Positions 26,380 through 40,103 of a DNA stretch of 64,000 nucleotides are shown in pieces. Within the stretch, counting starts at the first letter, position 1. Every line of letters starts with the position of its first letter. The translations under genes were made by a program, and so were the position numbers. The stretch is from Octopus sinensis (taxonomy: Eukaryota). The stretch lies in contig NC_043001.1 in assembly GCF_006345805.1 (NCBI RefSeq), positions 82,584,001 to 82,648,000 on the forward strand. Reading direction: 5' to 3'. Below the pieces are notes generated by a model. It saw nothing but the letters and a program-made list of their open reading frames with translations. It was not told where the DNA came from and did no database searches.

Positions 26380-26517
26380 TGATTGATAGATATTGAATAG
26401 TTGTATATTACCGATTTCTGTATCTCTTTCTCCTTCTACAGTGAATTAAGTTTAAGATTTACTCCTTTCTTTCGCAGTTCAGTTATGTCTCCTCTTGCTG
26501 AACACACGAATATACAT

Positions 26518-26620
<103 letters not shown>

Positions 26621-26854
26621 TATAATTAATAGACAGCAGTGTGCAATGTTTTACCAAAAAGGGAAACTATAATTGTCACTAAATATGATTAGGGTGTTAA
26701 AAACACGTACATTGCTAGAAATAAGAGCTAAAATGCACTCATGCTGTAATCAAAGCACATAATTGTATACATGTATCCTGACAGAGAATATAATCGCCCG
26801 AAAACACTGATCGAAAATTCCTTATACTGAATAGTCAGTTGCAGCAATTTCTGT

Positions 26855-26943
<89 letters not shown>

Positions 26944-26951
26944 ATGCATAC

Positions 26952-27023
<72 letters not shown>

Positions 27024-27176
27024 TCAGAGCGACGCATGCGTATGTGGACTAACGCAATCGTATCTACATGTCAGATTTTATAGTATATCCTTATAATAGA
27101 CAGACCTGTTTAGTTGTCTCTATATGGGTTTATATTACTCTCCCTTCTGTATTCTTTTATAAGTAATATATTATTT

Positions 27177-27211
<35 letters not shown>

Positions 27212-27953
27212 GAAAATAAAAAATACTGAAATACTATTCTTGTAAGTCTGTTTGGTGTCTAATCTAAACAGATTTCGCCTTCAGTTCCTTGAGCTTTTTC
27301 CTTTGTTCTTGTTGAATAATTCAAGCATTAGTTCTGTAACCTTAGGAACCAATTTTATTACCATAATTCTGCTCCTGTCTCATCTGCTTAGTATCAACGC
27401 TGCGGCTTTTATAATGGAAACATTTAGCGTTTTAGAGAGAAAAAGAAACCTCGTTTTTGTCTTTTTGTTTTTTCTTCTTTTTTCTCGATCGATCAGAAGT
27501 CACTATCTCTGAGCAGTTATCGCATAAGGTTATTTAAAAAGATGGATATAAAATAGTAAAAGTTACAAGGTAGGAAATAAAACGTCCTAATGCTTTCTAA
27601 CCGATTGCGAAATCATCTTATTTTAGCCTTGATAATTAAATTTAGGATATTTTAGTCAAACAGAAAATGGTGAACTGTGAAAAATAACTGTGAACTTTTA
27701 AATAAAATGTGAATATACACAATAGCTTTCGTTTTTTATCTTTTACTTGTTTCAGTCATTGGACTGCAACCATACTGGGGCACCGCCTTGAGCAGTTTGC
27801 TCGAAAAAAGTAACGGCAAGCTTCTTTTTTAGACTCTGGTACTTTTTCTACCGGTTGTTTTTGACAAACCGCTAGTTACGAGGATGTATGTATGTATGTA
27901 TGTATGTATGTATGTATGTATGTATGTATGTATGTATGTATAGCGGTATGTGT

Positions 27954-28331
27954 GGAGGCCCAATGGCCCAGTGGTTAGGGCAGCGGACTCGCAGTCATAG
28001 GATCGCAGTTTCGATTCCCAGACCGGGCGTTGTGAGTGTTTATTGAGCGAAAACACCTAAATCTCCACGACGCTCCAGCAAGGGATGGTGGCGAACACTG
28101 CTGTACTCTTTCACCACAACTTTCTCTCACTCTTACTTCCTGTTTCTCTTGTGCCTCTAATTCAAGGACCAGCCTTGTCACACTCTGTGCCAAGCTGAAT
28201 ATCCCCCGAGAACTACGTTATGGATACACGTGTCTGTGGAGTGCTCAGCCACTTGCTCGTTAATTTCACGAGCAGGCTATTCGTTGATCGGATCAACTGG
28301 AACTCTCGTCGTTGTAAGCGACGGAGTGCCA
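27954..28331 (+). mobile_element. Composite SINE: family C head joined to family D 3' half
   Basis: 27954-28140 matches the head and body of 23520-23818. 28150-28331 matches the 3' half of 49997-50317 (CCAGCCTTGTCAC...GTAAGCGACGGAGTGCC). Confidence 0.8.
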
Positions 28332-28689
28332 AACATAACGGTATGTACATTTTTATTTAACACACATCTGTACACTAGAACGTTCAGTGTGGGCCACCTG
28401 TATATTATATATATCTTTTCTCTACACGATATCAAGAGCTCAATCAAATCTAAAAAGACAGTTTAGTAAAATGAGATGTGGTAATGTACAAATCTGAGCA
28501 ATGTACATATAATATTAATTTTCAGAACGCCACAGAATAATACATTTAGTCATTTAATATGTATCAGTTATTTATTTATTTATTCATTCTTTTATTCATT
28601 TATTTATTTATTTGTTTATTTATTTATTGTTACACAGGTGTCGCGTTGGTTGAGTTGTTAGCGCGTTAGATTTGTCCCGACACTCTTTT

Positions 28690-29382
28690 CTTTATTCGCC
28701 ATTACAGGATATAAATGGGGAGAGGACGAAACAGGGACAGACAGACAGACAGACAAGGGATCGGGGATCGAATGAGAGTAACAGTGTGAGGATGAAGGTT
28801 AAAAATTGCAGAATTAAATATCGATGAAGTAAAAGAATCGAATGCTTAACAAAGATGAGGTGGAGAACGTGGTTGACCCCACAAACCACATTCTCACACT
28901 TAAGACTTTATTTTTTCCTTTTATGTTCCAGCTCAAACAGATTCATTCACTCTCAGCACGGTTGCTACAGATTTCCATCTTTTTCGAAACACACCGTGCG
29001 ACAGGCATTTCTTCTCCAGCCTTATTTTTCTTTTCATGTGGAAAAGGAAAAAGTTAACTAACCAAAAGGCTAGAGATAAAAATGCCTGTCACGATCCCTT
29101 TCACTCTCGTCTTCCTTACAACCTCTTTCGCTATACTGAGAGAAAACAAACATGCTCTTCCCTATTCAGGGAGGGCGGTGGAACAATCTTAATTATAGAT
29201 TCGGCCGACAGTTGTACTCTTCTCAGATGTGACAGCAGGTGGTCGACATAAGCCCAAAGTTCCGAAATCTTCAGACGTTGTACAATTGTGTGTAGAACAG
29301 TACCACTGCCCTGCCCGCATCTTAGACAAATCGGCGAGGAATTTTTCCCGACACTCGCCGCTCCAAACCCCGCCACTGTCAA
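28690..29382 (-). mobile_element. L1/Tx1-clade LINE 3' end with tail
   Basis: ORF 29131-29382 reads SSPICLRCGQGSGTVLHTIVQRLKISELWAYVDHLLSHL, a degenerate CCHC knuckle. The tail is ...TGTCCCTGTTTCGTCCTCTCC...ATGGCGAATAAAGAAAAG. Confidence 0.8.
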
Positions 29383-29388
29383 CTTGTA

Positions 29389-30085
29389 GGCGCAAGCGTG
29401 GCTGTGTGGTTAAGAAGCATAGCTTTGCAGTTATGTGGTTTCGATATCAGTTGCACTGCATAGCCCCTTCTTTTTATTATTATTATTGTTATTATCATTT
29501 ATTTATTTGCTACTGCCTTCTACTTTAGCCCCGGGTCAACTAAAGCCTAGTGAATGATATTGTTAAACAGATACTGTGGGCAGGCCCATCGTATATATAT
29601 ATATATATATAAGCTGTATGTATGTATGTATTTATGTATGTATGTATGTTCATGGACAGATTTTGTTGTTTCATGTATGTATTCTCATGCATATAGTTGC
29701 ATGTCTAGACATATTCATATATACTTAAATGTATGTATGTATGTGTGTATGTATGTACATATGTCATTAATCAGTTTTATTTCAAGTTTTCTTGTTAATA
29801 GAGAAAGAAGCGGTTTCTAATCTAGTTCCAAGGCTCCTTCACTGGAATTTCAACATCAACGGGGTATTTTTGTATGTATGTATGTATGTATGTATGTATG
29901 TATGTATGTATGTATCTATTATGTTTGACGGGTGTTGGTTTTGTTTATGTCCCCGTAGCCTATCGGTTCGGCAAAAGACACCGATATAATAAGTAAAACA
30001 AGTACTGGGGTTGATGTGATCGACTAGAACTTTCAAGACCTCCAGGATGGTCGCAGCCCAATGACTGAAGCAAGTAGATGATAAA
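29389..30085 (+). mobile_element. SINE family A, degraded, with internal insertions
   Basis: Head GGCGCAAGCGTGGCTGTGTGGTTAAGAAG and tail ...GGATGGTCGCAGCCCAATGACTGAAGCAAG. It contains a copy of the 1773-family repeat at 29790-29870. Confidence 0.7.
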
Positions 30086-30269
30086 AGATATCATCAAGAA
30101 CTCAAATATCACATTATATCTCAAAGGAGATATAATGAAACGAAATGTGGTGCTGTACATACTTGACCAAAGACGTAAGCAAACTGGTTAGAAAAGTGAT
30201 ATGGCTTCAACTGAGAATCAAAAAAAGAAAACGGGTTCGTATCAGGGATGTACATTCTGTGTGTGTTAG

Positions 30270-30655
30270 GTGTGCGCTGCACACCCATCGGAAATGCCAA
30301 AATTCATTATAAACATTAACATTTTTTTAAGAACTCCTTCGGTCACGAGTGACCATGGGATTGCACATAGAAAGTTACCCTCCGATCCACAAGTCTGTGT
30401 AAGTTTGTTTATAGAAGACCAGCACTCGCACATGCATATCAGCATCCCTGTCCATGCTACCGATGTTGTTCAAGAAAAAGGCAAAGGCCGATACAGCTTG
30501 GGACCAGTGATGTCACAACTCATTTCTACAGCTGAGTGAATTAGAGCAACGTGAAATAAAGTGTCTTGCTCGAGAACACAACACACAACTCGCTCTGGGA
30601 ATCGAACTCACTACCTCATGACTGTGAGCCCGACGCTCTAACCACTGAGTCTTGT
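30270..30655 (-). mobile_element. tRNA-derived SINE related to family D (different 3' half)
   Basis: Minus-strand head CTCAGTGGTTAGAGCGTCGGGCTCACAGTCATGAGGTAGTGAGTTCGATTCCC carries A and B boxes. Confidence 0.75.
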
Positions 30656-30904
30656 TCATTAATTTAATTGCAAATCTTAATGGAAAACTTTTGTTATACC
30701 TCTGCTTGAAATTTGGTGGCATTGGGTGTTGCTGCACATCCAATACAACAACCACCATACGCCACTGATTCAAGTAATTCTGTGCTTAGCGAATAAATTT
30801 ACATAATCCTATGAGGTTGCGTCTAAGCGGTCGCTATGAGAATACATACATGGAACAAAACGTAGATTTGCTCAATTAATCCTAAAACAGCAACATCAAC
30901 TATT

Positions 30905-30989
30905 TTGCTACTCGTACTACAACTACTGCTGTTGCTGCTGCTGCTGCTGCCACTACTATTACTACTATTACCACTACTACTACTACCAT

Positions 30990-31043
<54 letters not shown>

Positions 31044-31285
31044 CATTACCACTACTACTGCTAATGATGCCACTACAACTGCTGCTGCTACTGCTGCTGC
31101 TGTTGCTACTGCTGTTACTACTGTTACTATTACCACTACTAATACCATTACCATCACCACCACAATCACCACTACTACTACTACGACGACGACCACCACC
31201 ACCACCACCACTATATATCCTACTACTACTGTTGCTACTACTACACCACTACTACTGCTACTGCTGCTGTTACTACTACTACTGC
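30905..31285. repeat. Compound trinucleotide microsatellite (CTA/CTG/CCA)n
   Basis: Directly visible. It produces the poly-L and poly-V ORFs. Confidence 0.9.
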
Positions 31286-31944
31286 TTTGTATTAAATTCT
31301 TTTAAGCCATATTCATGCAGAAGGTAAAAATTTTCCTCAAGAAACAAAACACGAAAAAAACACAGAAGACATTTTTTCAACTGAGTAGAAAATTGATTTT
31401 ATATAAAACCTCAAACATATAAAAAAAATTTATTTAATAATCTTATGCATGAAAATTTTAATGTCAACTTTGAATTTTATATTAGTCCTATTATTTCTAA
31501 ACTTTGCTACATATTCATGGAGTTCCTAATCTGAGTTGGTTCAACTTAACTATTGTCCATTAATATTTCTTTTTAAAATAAGCTATTATTTATTGATAGA
31601 TACCGTCTTCATAACAATATGTATGTTAGTGTTGCCATTTTAATGTAAAGTCCATTAAAATGCTTTCACCCGCAAATTAAATATGCAGAGAAATAAAAAA
31701 ATCATTTACGTGTGGTCCCCAAAGGGTCGCAGCTATTACAAAGGAGATAGATTTCTTTATTGGCCACGCAGGGCTAAACACAGAAGGGACAAAATACAAA
31801 GTAGGGCTTTTTCCTTTTTGGGAAGAAGAGAAGGGGAGAAATAGAAAAAAAAAAGAAAAAAAGGGGGTGCGAATTCCGATCAAAAGGGATCGTGAAAAGA
31901 AAAAAAGGGAAGCGAATTCCGATCAAAAGGGATTACAAAGGAGA

Positions 31945-32390
31945 TAATTATTTCGTCAAGTCAGGTATGGGGGCATGCACGGTTGCAGCGAATCGCAGCA
32001 TCCAGCACTTGTCGGTATTTGCTTGGTATTTGCTCCAGGTCAACCCTCCGAGCAGTGTCTCCGTCTGTCTCTGTTTATGCAAGATACTTCCTCATCCAAT
32101 ATGACTATGTGGCATGTGGCCGACCAACATGAACTGTCAATCTTAGCCGGATCCTCAGAGAGGAGAACACGATATGCAAGATCCAACTCGGAAAGTCGAG
32201 CAATATGAGCAGACAGTCTGAGATGATTCTCCCGAATCATTCGGGTAACAGGACGCATCCAGCTTTCTGAGTAAAGTCGTTGGTTGTGTTCGAAACTCGA
32301 CCAATGGCGTTCAGGTATCAAAGGAGTTCAAATGGCTCTTCAGGGCCCCGGACAAAGTCCATATCTCGCAACTATATACAAGACAGAGAA
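31945..32390 (-). mobile_element. RTE-clade LINE 3' end
   Basis: The minus strand gives YSCEIWTLSGALKSHLNSFDT, then RPVTRMIRENHLRLSAHIARLSELDLAYRVL. It ends CCCCCATACCTGACTTGAC. Confidence 0.8.
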
Positions 32391-34442
32391 GACCCATGTG
32401 AAGCTGGATTATAATTTAGAAATTGAACTTAAAGAATTGTAAGGAAAAATGCATAGAAGTCACATATTTAATTTTACTTGTCGTTCACTTGATAAGAAGT
32501 TTCTCGCCTTTCGTAATCATATATAGTACAATTTCATTATTTTTAAAGACTGCCAGAATGACAATGATCAGTGAATTGTGAATTATTGATTTTTTAAAGT
32601 AAAACATTTCATTATAGGTGGAAATAATTTAGTCTGGAGCAAATTCAGGGAAAAATTCAGGTTTTTCTTCGTAGAAATGAAGCAGATTAATAAATGAAGA
32701 GACTAGAAAGTTCTTAGTATTTACTTATAGATTAATAACTGTTTCCATTAACTAATACTGTTTTTGTTTTTCCCGCAAGTAGGAGAGACAACTCTCGGCA
32801 TTTTTGCATATCTCTTTCTTTATTTTTTTTTCACTTTTATTTGTTTTATTATCTTTACTTATTTATTTTTCTTTTCTTTATTTATTTTAAGTATGAAGAA
32901 TGTCGACCATAACATTGAAACCAATTTATTTCGATTTATTTCCTTGCACCAAAATGAACACTTCTACACAATTCTCATTGATTCAGTCATAACGCACAAG
33001 AACCGTTAACAATATATTTCGGTGAGGAGGTCAGATTAAAACCAAAACATGTTCGGGATTGTTTACGTTACTTGGAACATAGAATGAAAAGTATATTAAT
33101 GTCGCTTAATTTCATCACATATCTGTTCAAATTAGCCTTAGCACAAACTTATACGTTATTCATTGTCTAACCGCAAATTACATATGAAATAGCTTTATTA
33201 TTTGTACTCTTACTGACAACGCACCTGCCTCAACCATCAATGACCCCTATTTAGAAGTAGAACAGGAATGTGGTTCCTTTCCGAATCGCAATAATGTAAA
33301 TAGGATTTTATGTGAAAATTATCAGGGCTGCTTTTGGCGTTGTTCCAAAATCTCTGAAAGCCACTAATAAATCAGACAAAAGTAACAGTCTTATCTATTT
33401 CAGGCGAAATTCGTGATATGGTGTTTATTCCTTACATTCTTCAACTACAAGCAAGTTGTGAGAATACACGAAATAAGATGCAAGAATTAAAAAGGCTGTT
33501 TAACTGTTGATTGCTGAAAGATAAAACTGGTACAAACTTTACTGTCTTATCAACTTAATACTCAAAATGAAAATCTCTTCCTTGGAAACGAAGTAACTTT
33601 TAAAGACATTTTTATGTCTTTTGTTAGTTTCATTTTTCAGCGAAACTGTGTTTTAATACAACGATCTTTATATTAAAAAGGGAAATTATAGTAATTTAAT
33701 TACGGTTTTATTTTTCAATTTAAAACAGTGATTTGTCAGTCCATGTTTTATGAAATTACCTCAACAACTGATAGTCGAAATTAATTCCAGTTAATTAAGA
33801 GTAAGTTTAAAATCATATCCCTCTTCGTAAGCCCCATTAGTAGATGTTAGTATGCTACTTTAGTGTCATATTTCACTACACATCTTGGTTATACAAGTCA
33901 ATTATAAACGCTATTTCCGACAGAGCTGTAAAGAAATTCTGGCGGTGAAAATAACAATCAAAACAAATATTTTTATAAAGCCTTAGATTCGAAGAGTTAC
34001 CTATCAAATAAACAGGTAACTTTGGAAGTCTGTTTTACCACTACGGGTAATATCAGGAAATGTGACATACATACAATAAATGAACTTTTATCAAATTTTC
34101 TGTTATGGAAAATGATGAAAACATTAATTTTCAGAAAAAAATTTATTACACTGTCTTTTATTCCGTCTCTTCTACCTCTGACTCTATGATTCTTTCATTC
34201 TCACTTAGTATGTGAAATGCTCTTTTACACATTGTCTGTCATTTTTTGCCAGGAGGCCTAGTATGTGCACTCATCATGATCTTCTCTCTCTCTCTCTCTC
34301 TCTTTCTGCGATGTAAAGCATCACTGGAGAATCAATTATCCAGCAGCAAGAGAATTGTCCGGTTTTCAAAGTGGATGTATTGTAGGTGAATCTGGCGGTG
34401 GACGTTGCCCATCTTCAGTGTGTGATAGTCACCAGATAGAGA

Positions 34443-34642
34443 TGAAAACTCATTCCACTCGCAAAATACTATATGCTTTTTTCCATCGACGAACTGTCAC
34501 TGATCTCGAAAAAGGAGAAATAAGTTATATTAAATCTCTGAGCGAGAGGTAAGCAGTAATAGTACGGAATCGTAAAATATATTTGCCAACAGTTTGCCGC
34601 TAGAAAAAGCATATAATATTTTGCGAGTGGAATGAGTTTTCA
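34443..34642. mobile_element. Small inverted-repeat element (MITE-like, 200 bp)
   Basis: 40-bp arms TGAAAACTCATTCCACTCGCAAAATACTATATGCTTTTT and AAAAAGCATATAATATTTTGCGAGTGGAATGAGTTTTCA with one mismatch. No TSD was recognised. Confidence 0.55.
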
Positions 34643-34964
34643 CCACTAGCTAGGGACTATCACACACTGAAGACAAGTAATTACCTAGAAATCCAGGTCT
34701 GTGTATATCATGTAAGACTAGAGATGTGAGCGATGACCTCCCTTCGCAAATACTAATCGGACACAGACAGTGTCGTTAGCTAGCTGGAGGAGACGTCTTC
34801 TTGGGGCTAAATACAAGAGTAACATCGTCCTCTATGGGATCGCCACATTTAGTTGGCAAATATATTTTACGATCCCGTATTGTTACTGTTTACCTCTTAT
34901 TCTTAGATTTAATATAGCGTGTGAGTGTGTGTGTGTGTGTGTGTGTGTAGTTGAAATTTACAGA

Positions 34965-36255
34965 AAACCAAAAGACGAGGGCAGGTGTATGAACAACAAG
35001 CAGGTGTATTAGTTTGCCGATCAGGAAAGAGAGAAAATCTTTTACGTTTCGAGCATACGATCTTCAACAGAAAGGAATAAGAAAAAATAAATAGAGAGAA
35101 TTTAAAAACTTGTGAATTTAGTGGTCAGGCATGGCGACTTGTTGGAAAAAAAGGTTTGATAGGGTAGGTTGAAAGAAGGAGAGATAATAAAGTATTGGTG
35201 ATCCCAAAAGGAAGGTGCGCGTGCGTGTGTGTGTATTTGAGAATGTGTGTGGATGGGTGCGTGTGTGCGTCTGTAATGTGTGGGTGTGGGACTGTGTTGG
35301 GGGTGTGGGGATGTGTGGGGATATGTGGAGGTGTGAGGATGTGGGGTGGCGATATGGGTGTGTATTCGAGGTGTGGGGTAGGTTGGGGCGTTTGGGTGTG
35401 GGGTGGGTGGAGGGGGTATCAATGAAGTGAGAAAAGTGAAAAGAGGAAGTTGGTGTCAGAGGAAAAGAGAAGAGAGATAGGTAGGAGTGAAGAGAGGAAG
35501 TAGGTGTCAGATGAAGAGAGGAGGGGATTTGAGCCCATGTAGTGCAAAGGAGCGAAGGGAGAAGATTAATTTCTGATCAAGGCGAAGGCGGGAGTCCGGA
35601 TGGCCCCTGTGCAAAGACAATCCAAACACAGACAAGTGTTGTAGTGAATGACCGGTAGAGCAGGATATCATTGCCGAGTCTGATGTCTCGGAGGTGCTCT
35701 GCGAACCGGTCAGCCAAGCGGTGTCCCGTTTGACCGATGTACAGAGAAGGGCAGAAAAAGCAGGAGATACAGTAAATAACGTTACTAGAAGTGCAAGTAA
35801 AGAAGTTGGTGATATGATAGGGACAATGATGGGTGCCTGTGAGGGTGGGAGGAGGAGAAGTTAAGATAGGGGTGAGAATCGGTGTGCTTGTAGTGGATGC
35901 AGTTAGTGAGAGTGGAATTGTGTATGTTGACAGAAATGTCGAGAAATGCAACGGAAGTGTTGGAAATAGTGCAGGAGAATTTGAGGGCAGGATTGAAGGA
36001 TTGGACAAAAGGGAGGATGGGGTCTAGTTGTTCTCGGGAGAGTGAGGTCACACCGATACAGTCTTCAATGTAATGATTGTATAGTTGAGGAGTGGGATCA
36101 ATGGATCTTGAAAATATTTGGGCCTCAACGTAGCCAACAAACAGGTTCGCATAGTTGGGGCCCGTTCTCGTTCCCATGGCCACTCCCGAGAACTATCGGT
36201 AAAAATCTTCAGCGAACGAGAAACAGTTGAGGGAGAGAACAGGTTCGGCCAATAT
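34965..36255 (-). mobile_element. Penelope-like element, 5'-truncated and internally deleted (RT + GIY-YIG + 3' terminus)
   Basis: RT: GVAMGTRTGPNYANLFVG...YIEDC...FLDIS...YKHTDSHPYLNFSSSHP. Endonuclease: FTCTSSNVIYCISCFFCPSLYIGQTGHRLADRFAEH. A hammerhead motif lies at 35039-35074. Confidence 0.92.
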
Positions 36256-37701
36256 TTATTTAATGAGAGAGGTTAATAAACTTTAAGCCGCAAGGAGCCG
36301 AACCAAGTTGTTTTCAATAGTGTGTGTGTGTGTTGTGTGTGTGTGTGAGGGAGTGCGTGTGTGTGTGCACGCGCGTGTTGTAAGTATGTATGTGTCTGCG
36401 TGTGTATGCCTTTTATGTTCGTGTATATCACCAGCACAGATTGACAACCAGTGTTGGTTTGTTTACGTATGCGTAAGTTAGCGGCTTGGCAAAGAATATT
36501 GACAAAATAAGGACCAGACTTCTAAAAATTACGCTTTGGGGTCGATTCGTTCGACTAAAACGAAAACCTTCGATGCGGTCCATCGACTGAAACAAGGAAT
36601 AGATAAAAGAATGCAACAGCTCCAGTCATACCCACAAAATTAAATATTCTTATAACTAATTATAAAACAACAATATTGCAGAATCTGTAGATTTGGTATT
36701 CGTAATGTTATAGCCAGTTCTGATATAATTAACGTAGCGAGCAATAAATGTTAGTTCATTAAAATTAATTAAAACTAGAATGTGAGCAATGCTGAGTAGT
36801 TATTGAGTGTAATCTTAGTAGTGCAGAGACGACTCTGGACATATTTCGGTCTTATTAAATCTTTTCAGTAAATAAAGCTTTTAGTTCTGCTAACAAATGA
36901 AGATGATTACTTTTTTAAAACGGTAGGGTGTCATATGAAGATGATTTGACTTCTATATCTAGCACCCCGAGTGACTAATTATATATATGACTGGCTGGTG
37001 TAGGGTTGTCGGGTCGGTTTAGCGGTGGTGGTGGTGGTGGTGATGATGTATTTAGATTCAAATTTTGAAAATATGAATCTAATATGAGTCCAGCTCGATA
37101 AAGGAAATTCAAACTGATTTTAATTTGATTTATTAGGCATTTATAATGGGAGAGAATGTTCCATTCATCAAGTATGTCCCATTCGGAATATATAATATTT
37201 TTCATTATAGTATCAATTGTCATTAGATGATTAATAAAAAAAATTGACAGTAAATTCTACAATTTTCTGATACAGACTTAGATAACCGAAATATTTCATG
37301 CGACAAAAGCAATATAGATGCCAAATATGGCAGAAAGAGTACATTAGATTGCTATAATTTCTTTCAAATCTGATAGACAGAAATATCTCATTTCAAATTT
37401 AATTTTATCGATCCGAAAGCTTTATAGAAATTTTACAAAAATTAAATCTTATTTTATTTTATTTTGATATTGTGAGTTTGAGCCGAAGTAAAGGAGCAGA
37501 TATTTTCAGCAAGATACTTATGTTAAATCTCTTAGCAACTGTAAAAAATGTGTATCGTAATAACGATCATATAATGGTCATCATTATCGGCTAGCTAGAG
37601 AGCCTCTATAGTGGTGAAATATTAGGAGTTTGGGCCGAAGTAATTGAGTTAATATCTGCAACTAAATATTTTTGGTATCTCTCTTAGTAGCCGCAAACAA
37701 T

Positions 37702-39209
37702 AGGATGGAGCGAAAAATGTAACTTTTGGAATTGGTAACCAAGAATTAATATTTTCTTGCGAATTAGGGTTAAAAGAAAGGTGTATAAAGAACTTTGCGG
37801 TTAAAAATTTGTTTCAGATTCCGCAACACAATACGCAATTGAACTTTTTTAAATTTTGGATTTCATGGATTATAAGTCGTAAGGAATACATCTTTCTACA
37901 TAGCAGAATACAAAACAGCAAATATAATATCCTTAAGAGGATGCATACCAATTTGCAATACAATTGACTAATATCTTAAGGTTCTGCATTGACCATAAGG
38001 AGAACGGGAATGTGAACTTCTTTCTAATGCCGCTGCAACTGTAGTTGCGTGTGGACGTACGTCATATGTGTGTGAAGTCTTCTGCTTTGTACCTAGACTT
38101 TAAGCCATTGTATTAAAATCAATGATCGTGTTAAATTTAGTGTTATTTACATTTAGTGATGATTCATAAGCTAATAATGCGTCATGATATTGAATGTCAA
38201 ATATTTGGTACTCCATGGGATCTTAGCGAACGAGATTTGCCAACTTACAAGGACGTACTAAAATGTGTTTTATTTGAACGAGAAAAAGAAAAGAATGTAG
38301 TTAAGAAAGATCCTTCACTTAAACAAATTGTCAAGATTGTAGCAGAAAAGATAATTCTTCTTTAGCAAAAGGCATCCATCGCTTGTGTTACGACTGAATC
38401 AGTTAAACCGAAAATCTTAAACTTTTATCTAAAGTACCAAACATTACTAAAATCTATGAAAAATAGAAAAAAATGTGTTATTGTTTCAAACAAAGTGTAA
38501 TGTGTTTAAAAACAATGCAACAAAATATTTATTTGACATTTCCTGTTGCAAGTGTAACTCCTTTAAAAACTGCAGTTGTAGTAGAGACAAAAATGTACCA
38601 CAGAGAGAACAAGATTTTTTACAGGATCAACAGATAAACACAGCAGAATAGATAAAGAAGTATCTAAACAGAACGTTCAGAGGTTGATTCGTATTATTTA
38701 GTTGCATGGAATTATTTCGAATAAATTGGAAATGTTAATTATTTTTGTCAGCAAAATGTATCAAGAATCAAAATTTCATTTTAATGTGTGTGTAATCTGG
38801 ACATCATGTAACACATATATTCGGTGACCTAGTATTAAAAATAATAAAGAAAATAAAGTCATTAAGTCTATCTATTTCACATAATTTCGAAATTTTAAGT
38901 GCGTTGCGGAGTCTAAAGATATAAATTTTAGAGTTAGAGATTTTAATACTTTTGTTTTTAAAAGATTTTGTGAGAGAAAATTAATTCGTAAGAATGAATG
39001 TAAAAATAAAATGAAGAACGGCAAACGTGTTATAAATTGAATTTTCGCATATTATTCAAAATTTCAAGTGAGCTGCGGAGTCTGAAGATGTAAATTTAGA
39101 AACTTCAGATGTTAACATAGATATTTTAAAAGAATTTTGCAACAAAAAATATATTCTTAAAAATATATTTTGAAAATCTGTGTAAAAAGTCTCTTTTCCG
39201 TTCCACCCT
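37702..39209 (+). mobile_element. Defective DNA transposon with TIRs and a transposase N-terminal relic (possibly Sola-type)
   Basis: Imperfect TIRs (AGGATGGAGCGAAAAATGTAACTTTT vs the reverse complement AGGGTGGAACGGAAAAGAGACTTTT) and subterminal TCCGCAAC inverted motifs. Peptide: CQIFGTPWDLSERDLPTYKDVLKC...FDISCCKCNSFKNCSCSRDKNVPQREQDFLQDQ. The superfamily assignment is from memory and uncertain. Confidence 0.65.
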
Positions 39210-39803
39210 TGTAAACAATGTTTCATAATAAGTCATCGTCATCAGTTAGCATGATAGCCCTCTGTTGTAGTTGCGCGACTTGCGTAAATTAGCTGCTAAA
39301 TCTTTCACATCACATCTTCTGCTGTAATCCCTAAACACCACATGGCATTTTTGTTCGATACTCCATCGTTTCCCCCAATCCACTGCCCTATTGATTTCTT
39401 TATTCAACCCAAGATTTCATATTGTAAAGGCGCGTCATGGCTAATTCAATGAAACGGTTATAAGGTTAGTAGATATTTTATCCTCTTTCAGGACGAAGAG
39501 AATGAACTCACAGCATTGATATACGGCTCTAACTTCTCATAAACAAGCACAAACGCGTTACAAGCTTTACCATTTATTGCAAAAAGAAATACAAACGTTA
39601 TGAAGTTTATGATCGTCATGTGAACAGCAGTGATATCATCGAAGTAAAATTACTTCTGCTACAAGTGAACTGAGAATGAAAGTAGCTTGTACAAGAACTG
39701 CGACGACTAATTGTTAAGAATTTTGCTACTTTGATTTTCGGTCACATACGTTAACGTTCTTTTCTTTGTCATTCAAAAAGACGATACTTATAATACACTA
39801 GAC

Positions 39804-40103
39804 CAGGCGTCGGGAAACGCTTTTAAACAATTACCCCCAAATTATATTTATTGACGCCGATATTTACCCCCTTGATTTGAAAGGAAGAAAACAAAAGATT
39901 CTTTGAATTCAAAAGTTTTATTGAATTTATCTATTTACACGTCCATTACATTGGACAAATGCAGTGTTGCCAGAAGAATTTCTGTCGTAACAAGGAACAT
40001 GTTTCTTTATATAATTTTACTTATGTCTGAGGAATCCTCGTTACCCGCAAGAATTTCCTTTTTACCCCTCTTGGGGTAATTTACCTTGGTTCGGTGACCC
40101 CTG
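39804..40103. mobile_element. hAT-type MITE (300 bp) with 8-bp TSD
   Basis: Termini are CAGGCGTCGGGAA and TTCGGTGACCCCTG. An exact TSD CACTAGAC sits at 39796-39803 and 40104-40111. Confidence 0.9.

Noticed and set aside
30900-31327. Poly-V and poly-L ORFs
   Set aside because: These are translations of trinucleotide microsatellites.
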